DNA of 64,000 nucleotides from Gammaproteobacteria bacterium (GTDB taxonomy: Bacteria > Pseudomonadota > Gammaproteobacteria > Eutrophobiales > Eutrophobiaceae): the NCBI GenBank assembly GCA_965215365.1, contig CBDCDS010000003.1, positions 480,001 to 544,000 of the forward strand, given 5' to 3'. The notes below the pieces were generated by a model that was not told where the DNA came from, searched no databases, and saw nothing but the letters and a program-made list of their open reading frames with translations. The position numbers were made by a program, and so were the translations under genes. Shown here in pieces: positions 19,271 to 30,581 of the stretch; positions within the stretch are counted from its first letter, which is position 1; every line of letters begins with the position of its first letter.

Positions 19271-20047
19271 ATGCAACACCTGACTGCTGATGATATTCTG
19301 GCAGATCTGGAATACTTCCCCAGGACGATGTGCCTGCCGTTGCGTTATAACAATCTGGGCAGTCCTTATGTGGCTTTTGCTGCCCGTCCGGAAGTCGTTG
19401 ATGCTTTGGTCAAACACCCTGTAATCAATGCTTTTCGGCGGGTGGTGCTGGATCCGGTGCGGGGTTTTATTCTACTGATGGCGCCCAGCGCTGAGCATGA
19501 ATCGCTGGCGGTGCATATTTCTGATGTAGTGCGCATTGCGGCCTCGGTGCTGAATCTGGATAGCGAAGATCTGCGGGCTACGCGCTGGCGGCGGCGAGGT
19601 GATCAGGAAAATACCGGCATAGAACCGGATTCGTGTTTTTACTTAGGCGACAATGCGGTGAATTATCTCAATGCCATAGATAAAGGCCAGAGTGAGGAGT
19701 TTATCGATGTGCATCCTCCGGATCTGGTTGTAGAGGTCACCGTCAGTCACTTTGATAACGAAAAGCAGGTGGCTTATCAGGAGCGGGGCGTACCCGAATA
19801 CTGGCAGATAAAGGCACAACGAAATGCTCTCCCGGAAGTTGATTTTATCGACCTTCAGACAAACAACAGCCCCAGGCTGTTATCAACGTCCAAGGCGCTA
19901 CCGGGGTTGACGGTGGCGGCTGTGCAAGACTGCTTGCAAGCAAGGCGTCGGGCGCGGCCCAGGGATTATGCTTTGGCTATTCGGCAGGCCTTGTCTGAAC
20001 ACGGCACCGTCCCGGTCCGCAGAGACGGTCAGGATACCCCTCAATAA
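19271..20047 (+). CDS. Uma2-family PD-(D/E)XK endonuclease-like protein
   Basis: MAPSAEHE, GIEPDSCFY, PPDLVVEV, YQERGVPEYW. Confidence 0.85.
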   Translation: MQHLTADDILADLEYFPRTMCLPLRYNNLGSPYVAFAARPEVVDALVKHPVINAFRRVVLDPVRGFILLMAPSAEHESLAVHISDVVRIAASVLNLDSEDLRATRWRRRGDQENTGIEPDSCFYLGDNAVNYLNAIDKGQSEEFIDVHPPDLVVEVTVSHFDNEKQVAYQERGVPEYWQIKAQRNALPEVDFIDLQTNNSPRLLSTSKALPGLTVAAVQDCLQARRRARPRDYALAIRQALSEHGTVPVRRDGQDTPQ

Positions 20048-20172
20048 CGGATATAAAAACCATCGAAACGCTACTTATTGAGAACAATCATGTTTCACGA
20101 GGCAACAAGCGACTTGGTGAGATATGCAGGTTAGAGGTGACCGTGCAGCACATCCCTGTGCTGCCCCACTGC

Positions 20173-20343
20173 TCAGGTAGAAGACTTGGCTGTCGATATG
20201 CCCGGCCGACATGGGTTGCGCTTGCCCTTGCGTTGCTTTTGTTGGTAATAGCGGCCTATCGCTTTGACATCATAATCAAAGCGTGACGCCGTCCGGTCTC
20301 GTATTTCCCGAACTTCTTCAACGATTGGATCTTTCCACGTCAT
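20173..20343 (-). CDS. Small protein typically coupled to PIN-domain toxins
   Basis: Manual translation MTWKDPIVEEVREIRD...FDYDVKAI, 56 aa; overlaps PIN gene stop. Confidence 0.55.
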   Translation of the reverse strand: MTWKDPIVEEVREIRDRTASRFDYDVKAIGRYYQQKQRKGKRNPCRPGISTAKSST

Positions 20344-20585
20344 ACGCAAACGTCGAGGAACCGGATACCCTCCAATGCAGTCAGCCGTGCAGCAGCGGCA
20401 TCCGGAGCACCTTGCGAAACCTCGTCCTTGACGACTTCAGAGGCAAATAATTCAAAGTGGCCCCGACGCGTCTCCCACCAATCACGGGTAATCACCTGAT
20501 GTCCTGCTGTGACAATATCCCGGCTCGGTCGGTTGGTCAGGTAGCTGATAAAACTTGTTTCCAGGTACACGCTGTTCTTAACCAT
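20340..20585 (-). pseudogene. Truncated PIN-domain (VapC-like) toxin
   Basis: SVYLETSFISYL...TRDWW...SEVVKDE; only 81 aa, C-terminal acidic residues missing. Confidence 0.65.
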
Positions 20586-20673
20586 GTACCATTATACCGC
20601 TTTTGGAAAACACAGCCCCTTTCAATTCCATCCGGTTCAATTCTCCGGTGAGAAAATAACGGCAGAGGTTCCC

Positions 20674-21627
20674 TCAACACTGTATCAGGGTCAGCAAGGC
20701 GGCCATATCTTCGGCCAGGGGCGCTTCCAGCGCCAGGGGGTGATCGCTCACGGGATGCCGCAATTCGAGCCGCAAAGCGTGCAGCGCCTGTCTGGGAAAC
20801 GCGGCAAGCGCCTCCCTGATCTCTGCGGCGGCGTTTTTTGCAAAGCGCTTCCTGCCGCCGTACACCGGGTCGCCGACCACAGGATGACCTAGGTGCGCCA
20901 GATGTACCCGGATCTGGTGCGTGCGTCCCGTTTCCAGCTTTATCCGCAGGTCGGTGCAGGTGGGGAATTTACCGACGATGCGGTAATGGGTTGTTGCCGG
21001 TTTGCCCCTGTCGGTGACGGCCATGCGCGTGCGCAGGGTCGGGTGCCGACCTAATGGTGCCTCAACCGTACCGCCGCTGATCAGCGTTCCATGCACCAGC
21101 GCCCGATATTCCCGGGTGACCTTGCGCTCGTGCAGGTCGCGCACCAGCCTGGTATGCGCCGCCGGGGTCTTCGCCACCACCATAATCCCGGAAGTATCCT
21201 TGTCCAGCCGGTGCACGATGCCGGCCCGAGGCACTTTTGCCAGCGGCGGCGCGTGGTGCAGCAAGGCATTGACCAGGGTGCCGTCCGGGTTGCCGGCGCC
21301 AGGGTGCACCACCAGGCCCGGCGCTTTGTTGAGTACCAGAATGGCCTCATCCTCGAAGATGATGTCAATGGGGATGGCCTGCTCAACCCAGTTTTCATGC
21401 CGATCATCCAGGGTCGCCTTGACCTCAATCAACTGCCCGGCGCCGACGCGCTCCTTCTGCCTGAGCCCGACACCGTCCACACTGACAAAACCATCCCTGA
21501 TCCAGCCCTGCAACCGCGCGCGCGAATGGCGCGGACACAACAACGCCAGCGCCTGGTCCAACCGCTTGCCATGATGCTGCTCTGGCACAATTACCGAAAA
21601 AATTTCCTGTCGATTGCAGTTATCCAT
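20674..21627 (-). CDS. rluD: 23S rRNA pseudouridine synthase RluD
   Basis: S4 domain, GIVHRLDKDTSG, LETGRTHQIRVH, RQALHA. Confidence 0.95.
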   Translation of the reverse strand: MDNCNRQEIFSVIVPEQHHGKRLDQALALLCPRHSRARLQGWIRDGFVSVDGVGLRQKERVGAGQLIEVKATLDDRHENWVEQAIPIDIIFEDEAILVLNKAPGLVVHPGAGNPDGTLVNALLHHAPPLAKVPRAGIVHRLDKDTSGIMVVAKTPAAHTRLVRDLHERKVTREYRALVHGTLISGGTVEAPLGRHPTLRTRMAVTDRGKPATTHYRIVGKFPTCTDLRIKLETGRTHQIRVHLAHLGHPVVGDPVYGGRKRFAKNAAAEIREALAAFPRQALHALRLELRHPVSDHPLALEAPLAEDMAALLTLIQC

Positions 21628-21696
21628 AAAAATTCTGTGTTAGTCTGTACCCTCTGTGTTGTGGGGCAGCTCTGAACAGTAGCGGCTCCTTGTGTT

Positions 21697-22806
21697 TTGT
21701 TCGTGAGCAGTATCGTGAAATTCCTTATCCAGTCTGTTGTCCTCGGTTTGGCCGGTGCGTTGGTTTTATTGTACCTGTTTCCCGGCTTGTATTCGGCGCG
21801 GTGGGGCGATGGGTCCGGGGAGGGTGTTGCTTCCTACAGTGACGCGGTAGCGGCAGTGGCGCCGGCGGTGGTGAATGTGTATGCCACCCACATCCACCGG
21901 CAGACGCTGCATCCGTTGTTTCGCGACCCCTTGTTCCGGCGGTTTTTCGGGCCGGTCCGGCCGAGTGAACGGCGTGAAAGTAATCTCGGCTCCGGCGTGA
22001 TTATGGACGAGCGGGGCTACCTGCTCACCAATGCCCATGTCATCAACAACGCCGATGAGATTCTCATTACCTTGTATGACGGGCGCCAATCACGTGCACA
22101 GGTGGTGGGGATGGACGCGGAAACCGACCTTGCCGTCCTGAAAACGGATTTGGACAACCTCCATATCGCACCGCATGGCGATTCCAGCAGGATAAGAGTG
22201 GGAGACGTGGTGCTGGCCATAGGCAATCCCTATGATTTCGGCCAGACGGTTACCCAGGGCATTATCAGCGCCAAGGGGCGTAACCGGGTAGGCATCACCA
22301 CATTTGAGAATTTCATCCAGACCGACGCCGATATCAACCCCGGCAACTCCGGCGGCGCGCTGGTGTCAGCGGCGGGGGAGCTGCTCGGCATCAATACTGC
22401 GATCATTTCCAACAGCGGCGGCTCGCAGGGCATCGGCCTGACCATACCGGTAGAACTGGCCCTGGACGTGATGCGCCAAATCCTGGAACACGGGCAGGTG
22501 ATCCGCGGCTGGATCGGCATCGAAGCGCAGATTATCCCGCAGGACGTCATTGATGCCATGAGCCTGGACCAGGGCGGGGTGCTGATCGTGGCAGTGCTGA
22601 ACAGAAGTCCTGCCGACCATGCCGGGATGGTACCCGGCGACCTCCTGCTCAGTATCGACGACCAACCCCTGTACAACCCGCAATATGCCATCAACCTGAT
22701 CTCACAGATAGCGCCGGGCGCTACCATCAAGGCCGAAATCCTGCGCGGCTGGAAAAAAGATACAGTCACCCTGCAGGTCGCCGAGCGCCCCTCCTTCAGG
22801 CGCTGA
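21697..22806 (+). CDS. degS: DegS/HtrA-family serine protease with one PDZ domain
   Basis: N-terminal TM, LTNAHV, DLAVL, INPGNSGGAL; convergent with hisD. Confidence 0.85.
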   Translation: MFVSSIVKFLIQSVVLGLAGALVLLYLFPGLYSARWGDGSGEGVASYSDAVAAVAPAVVNVYATHIHRQTLHPLFRDPLFRRFFGPVRPSERRESNLGSGVIMDERGYLLTNAHVINNADEILITLYDGRQSRAQVVGMDAETDLAVLKTDLDNLHIAPHGDSSRIRVGDVVLAIGNPYDFGQTVTQGIISAKGRNRVGITTFENFIQTDADINPGNSGGALVSAAGELLGINTAIISNSGGSQGIGLTIPVELALDVMRQILEHGQVIRGWIGIEAQIIPQDVIDAMSLDQGGVLIVAVLNRSPADHAGMVPGDLLLSIDDQPLYNPQYAINLISQIAPGATIKAEILRGWKKDTVTLQVAERPSFRR

Positions 22807-22811
22807 ATTGT

Positions 22812-24113
22812 TCATATTTTTTTGCCGCGCAGCGCCGCGGCGCCGGCGTGAGCCGTCAGCCCTTCCGCGTCGGCCAGTATCCTGGCAGTTTCAGCCAGAC
22901 GGGCGGCGGAAGCAGGGGTGCATTCGATCAGGGAGCTGCGCTTCTGGAAATCATAGACTCCCAGTGGGGATGAAAACCGCGCCGTTCTGCCGGTGGGCAG
23001 GACATGGTTCGGTCCGGCGCAATAATCACCCAGCGCTTCGGCGGCATGATGCCCGAGGAAGATGGCGCCGGCATGGCGAATGTCGGTAAGATAATCGTGC
23101 GGGTTTGCCACCGCGAGTTCCAGATGTTCCGGCGCCAGCCGGTTGACCAGGTCACAGACCTGCGCCGGGTCTGCGGCCAGGATCATGGCGCCGTTGCGCT
23201 GCAATGCCGTGCGGATGATGCCGGCGCGTGCCATGCCGTCCAGGTGGCGGTTGATGGCGGCTGCCACTCTGGTAGGCAGGGCCGGGTCGGTGGTGATCAG
23301 AATGGCGCGGGCGTCCTCATCGTGTTCGGCCTGGGCGAATAAGTCCATGGCGATCCAGTCCGGGTCGGCACTGTTATCGGCCACCACCACCACTTCGGAG
23401 GGGCCGGCGATCAGGTCTATGCCGACCGCGCCGAACACTAGGCGTTTGGCCGCAGCCACATAGCGGTTGCCCGGCCCGACGATCTTGTCAACGGCAGGCA
23501 CCGGCGCCGCGCCGTAGGCCAGCGCCGCCACCGCTTGCGCGCCGCCGATGGAGAAGAACCGATCGACCCCGGCGATGCGCGCCGCCGCCAGCAGCGCCGG
23601 GTTGAGGCGGTTGTCCGGGGCCGGGGCTACCATAATGATTTCCCCGACGCCGGCGACCCGGGCCGGTAGCGCATTCATCAATACAGACGAGGGATACGCC
23701 GCCTTGCCGCCAGGCACGTAAATGCCCACCCGCTCCAGGGGCGTGACGCGTTGCCCCAGGGTGGAGCCGTCCTGGTCCTGGTAGCTCCAGGACTGGCTGA
23801 TTTGATGCCGGTGATAAGCGCGGATGCGCGCTGCGGCGTCCTCCAGCGCGCCGCGCAGGTCAGGCGCCAGGGTTGCCAGGGCCTGTTCCAGCTGCGCTGC
23901 CGTTACCTCCAGATCGTTCGCGCCGACACTGCGCCGATCGAAACGGTTGGTATATTCCACCAGGGCGGCAATGCCGTTTTCCCTGACGTCGTGGAGGATG
24001 GCCGAGACCGTCTCCGTCAGCGCCGGATCGAGGACCTCACTGCCGGCCAGCAGTTGCGAGAAGCGGCCCTCAAAGTCAGGCTCGGCAGCCGACAGTCTGG
24101 TCATGTCGATCAT
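22812..24113 (-). CDS. hisD: Histidinol dehydrogenase
   Basis: GIYVPGG, DKIVGPGN, AGPSE, QAEHD, APEHL, GPNHVLPT. Confidence 0.96.
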   Translation of the reverse strand: MIDMTRLSAAEPDFEGRFSQLLAGSEVLDPALTETVSAILHDVRENGIAALVEYTNRFDRRSVGANDLEVTAAQLEQALATLAPDLRGALEDAAARIRAYHRHQISQSWSYQDQDGSTLGQRVTPLERVGIYVPGGKAAYPSSVLMNALPARVAGVGEIIMVAPAPDNRLNPALLAAARIAGVDRFFSIGGAQAVAALAYGAAPVPAVDKIVGPGNRYVAAAKRLVFGAVGIDLIAGPSEVVVVADNSADPDWIAMDLFAQAEHDEDARAILITTDPALPTRVAAAINRHLDGMARAGIIRTALQRNGAMILAADPAQVCDLVNRLAPEHLELAVANPHDYLTDIRHAGAIFLGHHAAEALGDYCAGPNHVLPTGRTARFSSPLGVYDFQKRSSLIECTPASAARLAETARILADAEGLTAHAGAAALRGKKI

Positions 24114-24207
24114 GCGTCTGACCTGGCCGGATCGGAACTGAAAGCAATCTCTGAAAATGCCCCCCATGGCACATAAGCAGAGACGGAAAATGAAAAGGTA
24201 TGATTTT

Positions 24208-24840
24208 TCATTCCCGGATGGCCTCCGCCAGACGGTTGATGAACGGCTTGATCTGTTTCCGCTTCATCTTCATGGAGGCCTTGTTCACGATCAGGCGAGA
24301 ACTGATGGCGGCGATGTTCGCCAACGGCGCCAGACCATTTTCTTTTAAGGTATTGCCGGTATCGACCAGATCGACGATCAGGTCTGCCAGGCCCAGTACC
24401 GGCGCCAGTTCCATGGAGCCGTACAGCTTGATGATCTCCACCTGTTGTCCTTTCTCGGCAAAATAGTTGCGCGTGGTGGTAACGTACTTGGTGGCGACGC
24501 GCAACCGGCCCGCCGGCGCCGGGGCGTTGTTGCGGCCGGCCAGCATCAGGCGGCAGCGGCCTATGTTCAAATCCAGCGGCTCGTACAGGTTGTCGCTGAC
24601 ACATTCCAGCAGTACATCCTTGCCGGCAATGCCGAGGTCGGCGCCGCCGTTGAGCACGTAGGTCGGCACGTCGGTGGCCCGGATCACGAGCAGTCGTATC
24701 CCGGCCTGATTGGTTTCGAGCACCAGTTTACGGGTGGCGCCGGGCTCATCCAGCGGTTGCACGCCAGCGCGCGCCAGCAGCGGCAGCGCCTCCGCCAGGA
24801 TGCGCCCCTTGGATACCGCAAGGGTCATGCCGTCTTTCAT
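24208..24840 (-). CDS. hisG: ATP phosphoribosyltransferase (short form)
   Basis: [37 protein letters not shown]; 210 aa. Confidence 0.96.
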   Translation of the reverse strand: MKDGMTLAVSKGRILAEALPLLARAGVQPLDEPGATRKLVLETNQAGIRLLVIRATDVPTYVLNGGADLGIAGKDVLLECVSDNLYEPLDLNIGRCRLMLAGRNNAPAPAGRLRVATKYVTTTRNYFAEKGQQVEIIKLYGSMELAPVLGLADLIVDLVDTGNTLKENGLAPLANIAAISSRLIVNKASMKMKRKQIKPFINRLAEAIRE

Positions 24841-24854
24841 AACACCGGGTTGCC

Positions 24855-26141
<1,287 letters not shown>

Positions 26142-26213
26142 TCATGCTGGCGCCGGCCGGAATCGAGTAGATAGAAAAACCCTCTGTAATGAAAGAGCGC
26201 CAAGATATGCGGG

Positions 26214-26468
26214 CTAGGCTATGACCCGCAGTTCGCTCTTTTTCTGCCATTCTTCCGGTGTCAAGGTCTGTATCGACAGCGCGTGTATGTCGGTTCCCAT
26301 CTTGTCGCCTAAGGCCTTATACACCAGTTGGTGTTGCTGCACCATATTTTTTCCGGCAAACACCTCACTGACTATGACTGCGGTAAAGTGGGTGCCGTCA
26401 CCGTCCACTTCGACCTCACAGTGCGGGACGCCAGCCTTAATCAGGTTGGCAATAGCTTCGATCTGCAT
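26214..26468 (-). CDS. ibaG: BolA/IbaG family protein
   Basis: GDGTHF, F.GK..VQQHQLVY, IHALSI; upstream of murA. Confidence 0.9.
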   Translation of the reverse strand: MQIEAIANLIKAGVPHCEVEVDGDGTHFTAVIVSEVFAGKNMVQQHQLVYKALGDKMGTDIHALSIQTLTPEEWQKKSELRVIA

Positions 26469-26488
26469 AACGTACTCTGCCGGGCGGC

Positions 26489-27121
26489 TCAGCGTTCGTC
26501 AGCCAATAACGACTGTTCCAGCTTGTCGTTCTTGTCCACGAGTTTCTGTATCAGGGTTTCCAGACCGTTATTGCGAATCTCCGAGGCGAATGATTTGCGG
26601 TAGGTCTCAACCAGACTGATTCCTTCAAAGGCGACATTCACTACCTTCCAGCCGTCACCATTGTTGTGCATGGTGTAATGGACCGGCGTAACGCCGCCAT
26701 CTGAGACGATCTCGGTCTTCACCATCACGATATTGGGTTTGGACCCGGTCAGTGTTTCCAGGTAGTTGACCTGCTCGTTGGAAAATCCCAGCACGGCCTT
26801 GGCGTAGGTGCGCACCAGCAGGTTTTGGAATTCAGTGGTAAAGACTGTGCGTTGTTCGGCGCTGGCCTCCTTCCAGTACTTGCCCAGGATCCACCGCGAC
26901 ATGTTGTTGAAATCGAACACGGGCAGGATCAGGTCATTGATCAGCTCATACACCGTCTCCGGTTGCGCGTCCAGCATTTCCCGTTCCGCGGTGATACGCG
27001 CAATCACGGTATCCACCGTAGTGAGGATGACGTCTTCCGGTTTGTCAGGTTCCTGTGCCTGCGGCGCCATGGTCAGTGTCGGCAGCAGGAACACCGCTAA
27101 AAGGCAAAGTTTCCGTTTCAT
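26489..27121 (-). CDS. mlaC: MlaC/Ttg2D periplasmic lipid-binding protein
   Basis: Signal peptide, FDF..MSRWILGKYW, LVRTY, WKV.NV..EGISLV. Confidence 0.85.
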   Translation of the reverse strand: MKRKLCLLAVFLLPTLTMAPQAQEPDKPEDVILTTVDTVIARITAEREMLDAQPETVYELINDLILPVFDFNNMSRWILGKYWKEASAEQRTVFTTEFQNLLVRTYAKAVLGFSNEQVNYLETLTGSKPNIVMVKTEIVSDGGVTPVHYTMHNNGDGWKVVNVAFEGISLVETYRKSFASEIRNNGLETLIQKLVDKNDKLEQSLLADER

Positions 27122-27249
27122 GATCTGGTATCTCCGAATTTAATGGGTCGGTAACGTAACCCCGTATTATATTTGAACCTGGTAATTGAGAAAGGGTTAA
27201 TTTGAAAAAGTTCAGTAGTTCTCGTTGACCCCACTTGTTCATATGCGAG

Positions 27250-29724
27250 TTAGAAAGGCCGGAACATCAGAATCAGCCTGGGCAGCAGGGTAAGCGCTGC
27301 TAACAGCGCGATGAACATGGCCAGCGCGGTGAGCAGGCCGAAATAGATGGTCGGAATGAAATTGGACAGCACCAGGATGGAAAAACCGATAATGATGGTG
27401 AGCGCAGTATAAAACACCGCGCGCCCGATGTTGGCATGGCAGTAGTACAGCGTGGCTACATAATCGGACTGGCTCGGATATTCCTCGCGGAACCGATAGA
27501 TGTAATGGATGCTGTTGTCCACCGCGATGCCGATGGCGATGGCGGCGATGGTAATGGTCATCATGTCCAACGGGATATTGAAGATGCCCATGAGCCCCAG
27601 AATGATGCCGGCGGCCAGAATGTTGGGCAGAATGCCGATGATGGTCAGGGCTACCGAGCGGAACAGCACCAGCAGCATCAGGGCAATACCCAGCATCACC
27701 ACACCTAAGGTCTCGATCTGCGACGTAAACAGGCTTTGCAGCATGTTGTTATACAGCACCATCATGCCGCTCACCTGAAACTCGTCCTCGTCCAGACCGA
27801 GTTCGGTGCGCAGGTCGGCGTCGATTTTTTCCAGGAACTGCTTGCGGCGCAGGTCGGGCAGGGAGTCCAGGACGCGCACATTGATGCGGGCTTCGTTGTG
27901 GTCAATGGAAATATACGGGTCGAGCAGTTGCTCCTTTAGCTCCTGCGGCAGTTTCTTGTTGATCACCGCCAGTTCAAAGGCATCGAACTCTTCGCCTTCG
28001 TTCAGGTCTTCGGCAATACGCAGCACCGAAGCCAGCGACAGTACCTTGCCGATTTCCGGCTGGCGCTCTAAGTAGTCATGCACGGCCTTGATGCGATCCA
28101 CCTTGTAGGCGGTAAACCAGGTGGCCGCCGGGTCTGCAGGTTCCGTATCAAAGCCGCCGAACAGGTCGTCCAGGTCGGCCAACTCAGCGTCTTCTTCCTG
28201 TCCTTCTCCGTATTCCCGCGCCGGGTCGAATTTTAAGACTATATCCAGCGGCGCGGTACCGCCCAGTTTATCGTCGATGAGTTTTAAGCCTTGGTAGATT
28301 TCCGTGGAGTCTCTGAAGTAGTTGACAAAGCTGTTTTCCACCTTCAACCGGGAAATGCCGTAAACACTGAGCGCGCCCAGCAGCAGCGCGATGACCAGCA
28401 CAACGGCGCCGGACTTTTCGGTGATGCGTGCCAGACTTGCGGTAAACGGCACCTGTTCCCTACCCGGCGCGGTGATCTTTTTGTTCAGGGATACCAGGAT
28501 GGACGGAAACAACAGGAATGACGTCATAAAGGTAACGGCCAGGCCCAGGGTCATCATCCAGCCAAAATCGATAACGGGCTTGATATCGCTGACTACCAGC
28601 GAGCCAAAGCCGATCATGGTGGTCAACGCGGTGTACAGGCAGGGCAGCGCCATACGGCGCACGGTATTCGACACCAGCTGCGCCTGCTCCTGCTCGGCAA
28701 AATCCCGGCTCAGCTGCCGGTAGCGCACGCACAGGTGCACATTCATCGACATGGTAAGGATGAGCATCAGGGAGATGAAGTTGGACGAGATCACCGTCAC
28801 CGGCCAGCCGGTCAGGCCCAGCAGCCCCATCATAATGACTACTGCGAAGATGCAACTGCACAGCGGCAGCAGCACAAACCGGGCCTGGCGAAAGATAATC
28901 GACAACATGATGACCAAAAAGGCAAACACGCCGGCGCCGAACGCCAGCAGGTCGTTCCTGATAAAGGTAATCATGTCGTCCGCGATCATGGGAATGCCGC
29001 CCAGATAGAGAACGCCCCGGTCGCGATACCGCTCCATTACCGCACGGGTGGCCGCCACGGTTTCGTGATTGATGCGGGTCACTTCCGCCTTGATCGACTC
29101 GTAGCGTTGCAGCAGGTGCGCCAGTTCCTGTTGCTCTGCGGCGCTTAAGCCGGCGCCGTCGCGCGGCCCCAGCAGTTCATTTTTTCTTTTCTGGATATCC
29201 GTGAAGAGCACGTTGTTTTTCAGGTTGACCTGCAACGCCGTGGTACCGGCATCCTGGCTGATGAGCAAGTCAAGAAATACCGGGCTGGCCAGCAGTTCTT
29301 CCCGCGCCCGTTGCCGGTCCACCTCGGGGTCTTCCAGGGTACGATAGTTGGTGGCCACCTCTGCCAGTTTCCCACCGACAATTTTTACCAACGGCGCGTC
29401 GATCAATGAGAACACCGAAGCGACGCCCGGTAGCTGTTCTAGGTCGTCCCGCAACCGGCGGATAGTGTCCAGAGAGGTATCAGCAAACAGGTCTGCATGG
29501 GGCGTGAAGGTAACCACCAGAAACTCTTCGGTGGCGTAGCGCTTGTTCACCTCGCGTAACGTGCGTAAATCCCGATCGCTCTCCAGGATCAGAGTATCGG
29601 TAGAGGCATCCAGCTTGAAATCCTTGGCGTGCCAGGAAAAGAAAGCAAACACGGCCAACAGCGCCGACAACACCAGTCGCGGCCGGCCGAGGATATACCT
29701 GTCGTAAATACTGGCAAGCATCAT
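27250..29724 (-). CDS. MMPL/RND-family transporter
   Basis: Two repeats of TM-periplasmic domain-5TM; IGIAVDNSIH, GFGSL motifs. Confidence 0.88.
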   Translation of the reverse strand: MMLASIYDRYILGRPRLVLSALLAVFAFFSWHAKDFKLDASTDTLILESDRDLRTLREVNKRYATEEFLVVTFTPHADLFADTSLDTIRRLRDDLEQLPGVASVFSLIDAPLVKIVGGKLAEVATNYRTLEDPEVDRQRAREELLASPVFLDLLISQDAGTTALQVNLKNNVLFTDIQKRKNELLGPRDGAGLSAAEQQELAHLLQRYESIKAEVTRINHETVAATRAVMERYRDRGVLYLGGIPMIADDMITFIRNDLLAFGAGVFAFLVIMLSIIFRQARFVLLPLCSCIFAVVIMMGLLGLTGWPVTVISSNFISLMLILTMSMNVHLCVRYRQLSRDFAEQEQAQLVSNTVRRMALPCLYTALTTMIGFGSLVVSDIKPVIDFGWMMTLGLAVTFMTSFLLFPSILVSLNKKITAPGREQVPFTASLARITEKSGAVVLVIALLLGALSVYGISRLKVENSFVNYFRDSTEIYQGLKLIDDKLGGTAPLDIVLKFDPAREYGEGQEEDAELADLDDLFGGFDTEPADPAATWFTAYKVDRIKAVHDYLERQPEIGKVLSLASVLRIAEDLNEGEEFDAFELAVINKKLPQELKEQLLDPYISIDHNEARINVRVLDSLPDLRRKQFLEKIDADLRTELGLDEDEFQVSGMMVLYNNMLQSLFTSQIETLGVVMLGIALMLLVLFRSVALTIIGILPNILAAGIILGLMGIFNIPLDMMTITIAAIAIGIAVDNSIHYIYRFREEYPSQSDYVATLYYCHANIGRAVFYTALTIIIGFSILVLSNFIPTIYFGLLTALAMFIALLAALTLLPRLILMFRPF

Positions 29725-29771
29725 AAGCGCTATGCTAAACTAGCGGGCAATCCACGTAAAGAGGTTTACCG

Positions 29772-30233
29772 ATGCGTCAATTTACCGCAACCTCTGAAAA
29801 CTCTCCTTCGGGCATTTTCAGACCTGCTCTTGGCTTCCTCATCCTGGCTGCCTGCGCGTTTTCCGTGACTGCGCAACAACGCACGCCGGCGCCGGAAAAT
29901 GCCGAGCTGTATTTCATCTCGCCCGCCGCCGGTGCCACCGTGTCAAGCCCGGTCACTGTGCGCTTTGGTCTCAGGCACATGGGGGTGGCGCCGGCCGGGG
30001 TGCTGATGGACAACACCGGGCACCACCACCTGCTACTGAATACCGACTTGCCGCGCCTTGACTTTCCCATTATCAGCGACGACAACCACTTGCACTTCGG
30101 TGGCGGGCAGACGGAAACCACCCTGGAACTGCCACCCGGCGAGCACACCTTGCAACTGCTGCTAGGCGACTTCGCCCACATCCCCCATGACCCGCCGGTG
30201 CTGTCGGAGCAGATTACGATAACGGTTGAGTGA
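29772..30233 (+). CDS. DUF4399 domain protein
   Basis: YFISP, GVAPAG, TGHHHLL, LHFGGGQTET, PGEHTLQL. Confidence 0.8.
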   Translation: MRQFTATSENSPSGIFRPALGFLILAACAFSVTAQQRTPAPENAELYFISPAAGATVSSPVTVRFGLRHMGVAPAGVLMDNTGHHHLLLNTDLPRLDFPIISDDNHLHFGGGQTETTLELPPGEHTLQLLLGDFAHIPHDPPVLSEQITITVE

Positions 30234-30272
30234 GCAACTCCCGTTCACGCAAGACATGGAGCGAGCGATTGA

Positions 30273-30455
30273 ATGATATACCGGTTAAACAAGGAGCATA
30301 TACAGGCAATGCTGCGGCACATCGGTCTGGCCATTATTATCGGCAGTTTGTTTTACGCAGTACTTGAAGAGGGTGATTTGCATGTTGCAATTCCATTCGC
30401 TACAGTAGGGATAATATCGGCGTTAGCCGGATCGCTGGAGAAAAAATATGATTGA
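30273..30455 (+). CDS. Small two-TM membrane protein
   Basis: 60 aa with two hydrophobic segments; GGAG upstream. Confidence 0.5.
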   Translation: MIYRLNKEHIQAMLRHIGLAIIIGSLFYAVLEEGDLHVAIPFATVGIISALAGSLEKKYD

Positions 30456-30567
30456 AATCATCACACACCCATTGATTGTTCTTGCGTCCATAGTGGTGAG
30501 TATTCTGATCGTAGCCCTGATCATTGCGGAGAAACAAGACAACAAACAGCCGCCGGATAGCAACTGA
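30448..30567 (+). CDS. Small single-TM protein (39 aa)
   Basis: Manual translation MIEIITHPLIVLASIVVSILIVALIIAEKQDNKQPPDSN; GGAG RBS; overlaps previous stop. Confidence 0.45.
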   Translation: MIEIITHPLIVLASIVVSILIVALIIAEKQDNKQPPDSN

Positions 30568-30581
30568 ACTGCCGGCAGCTA

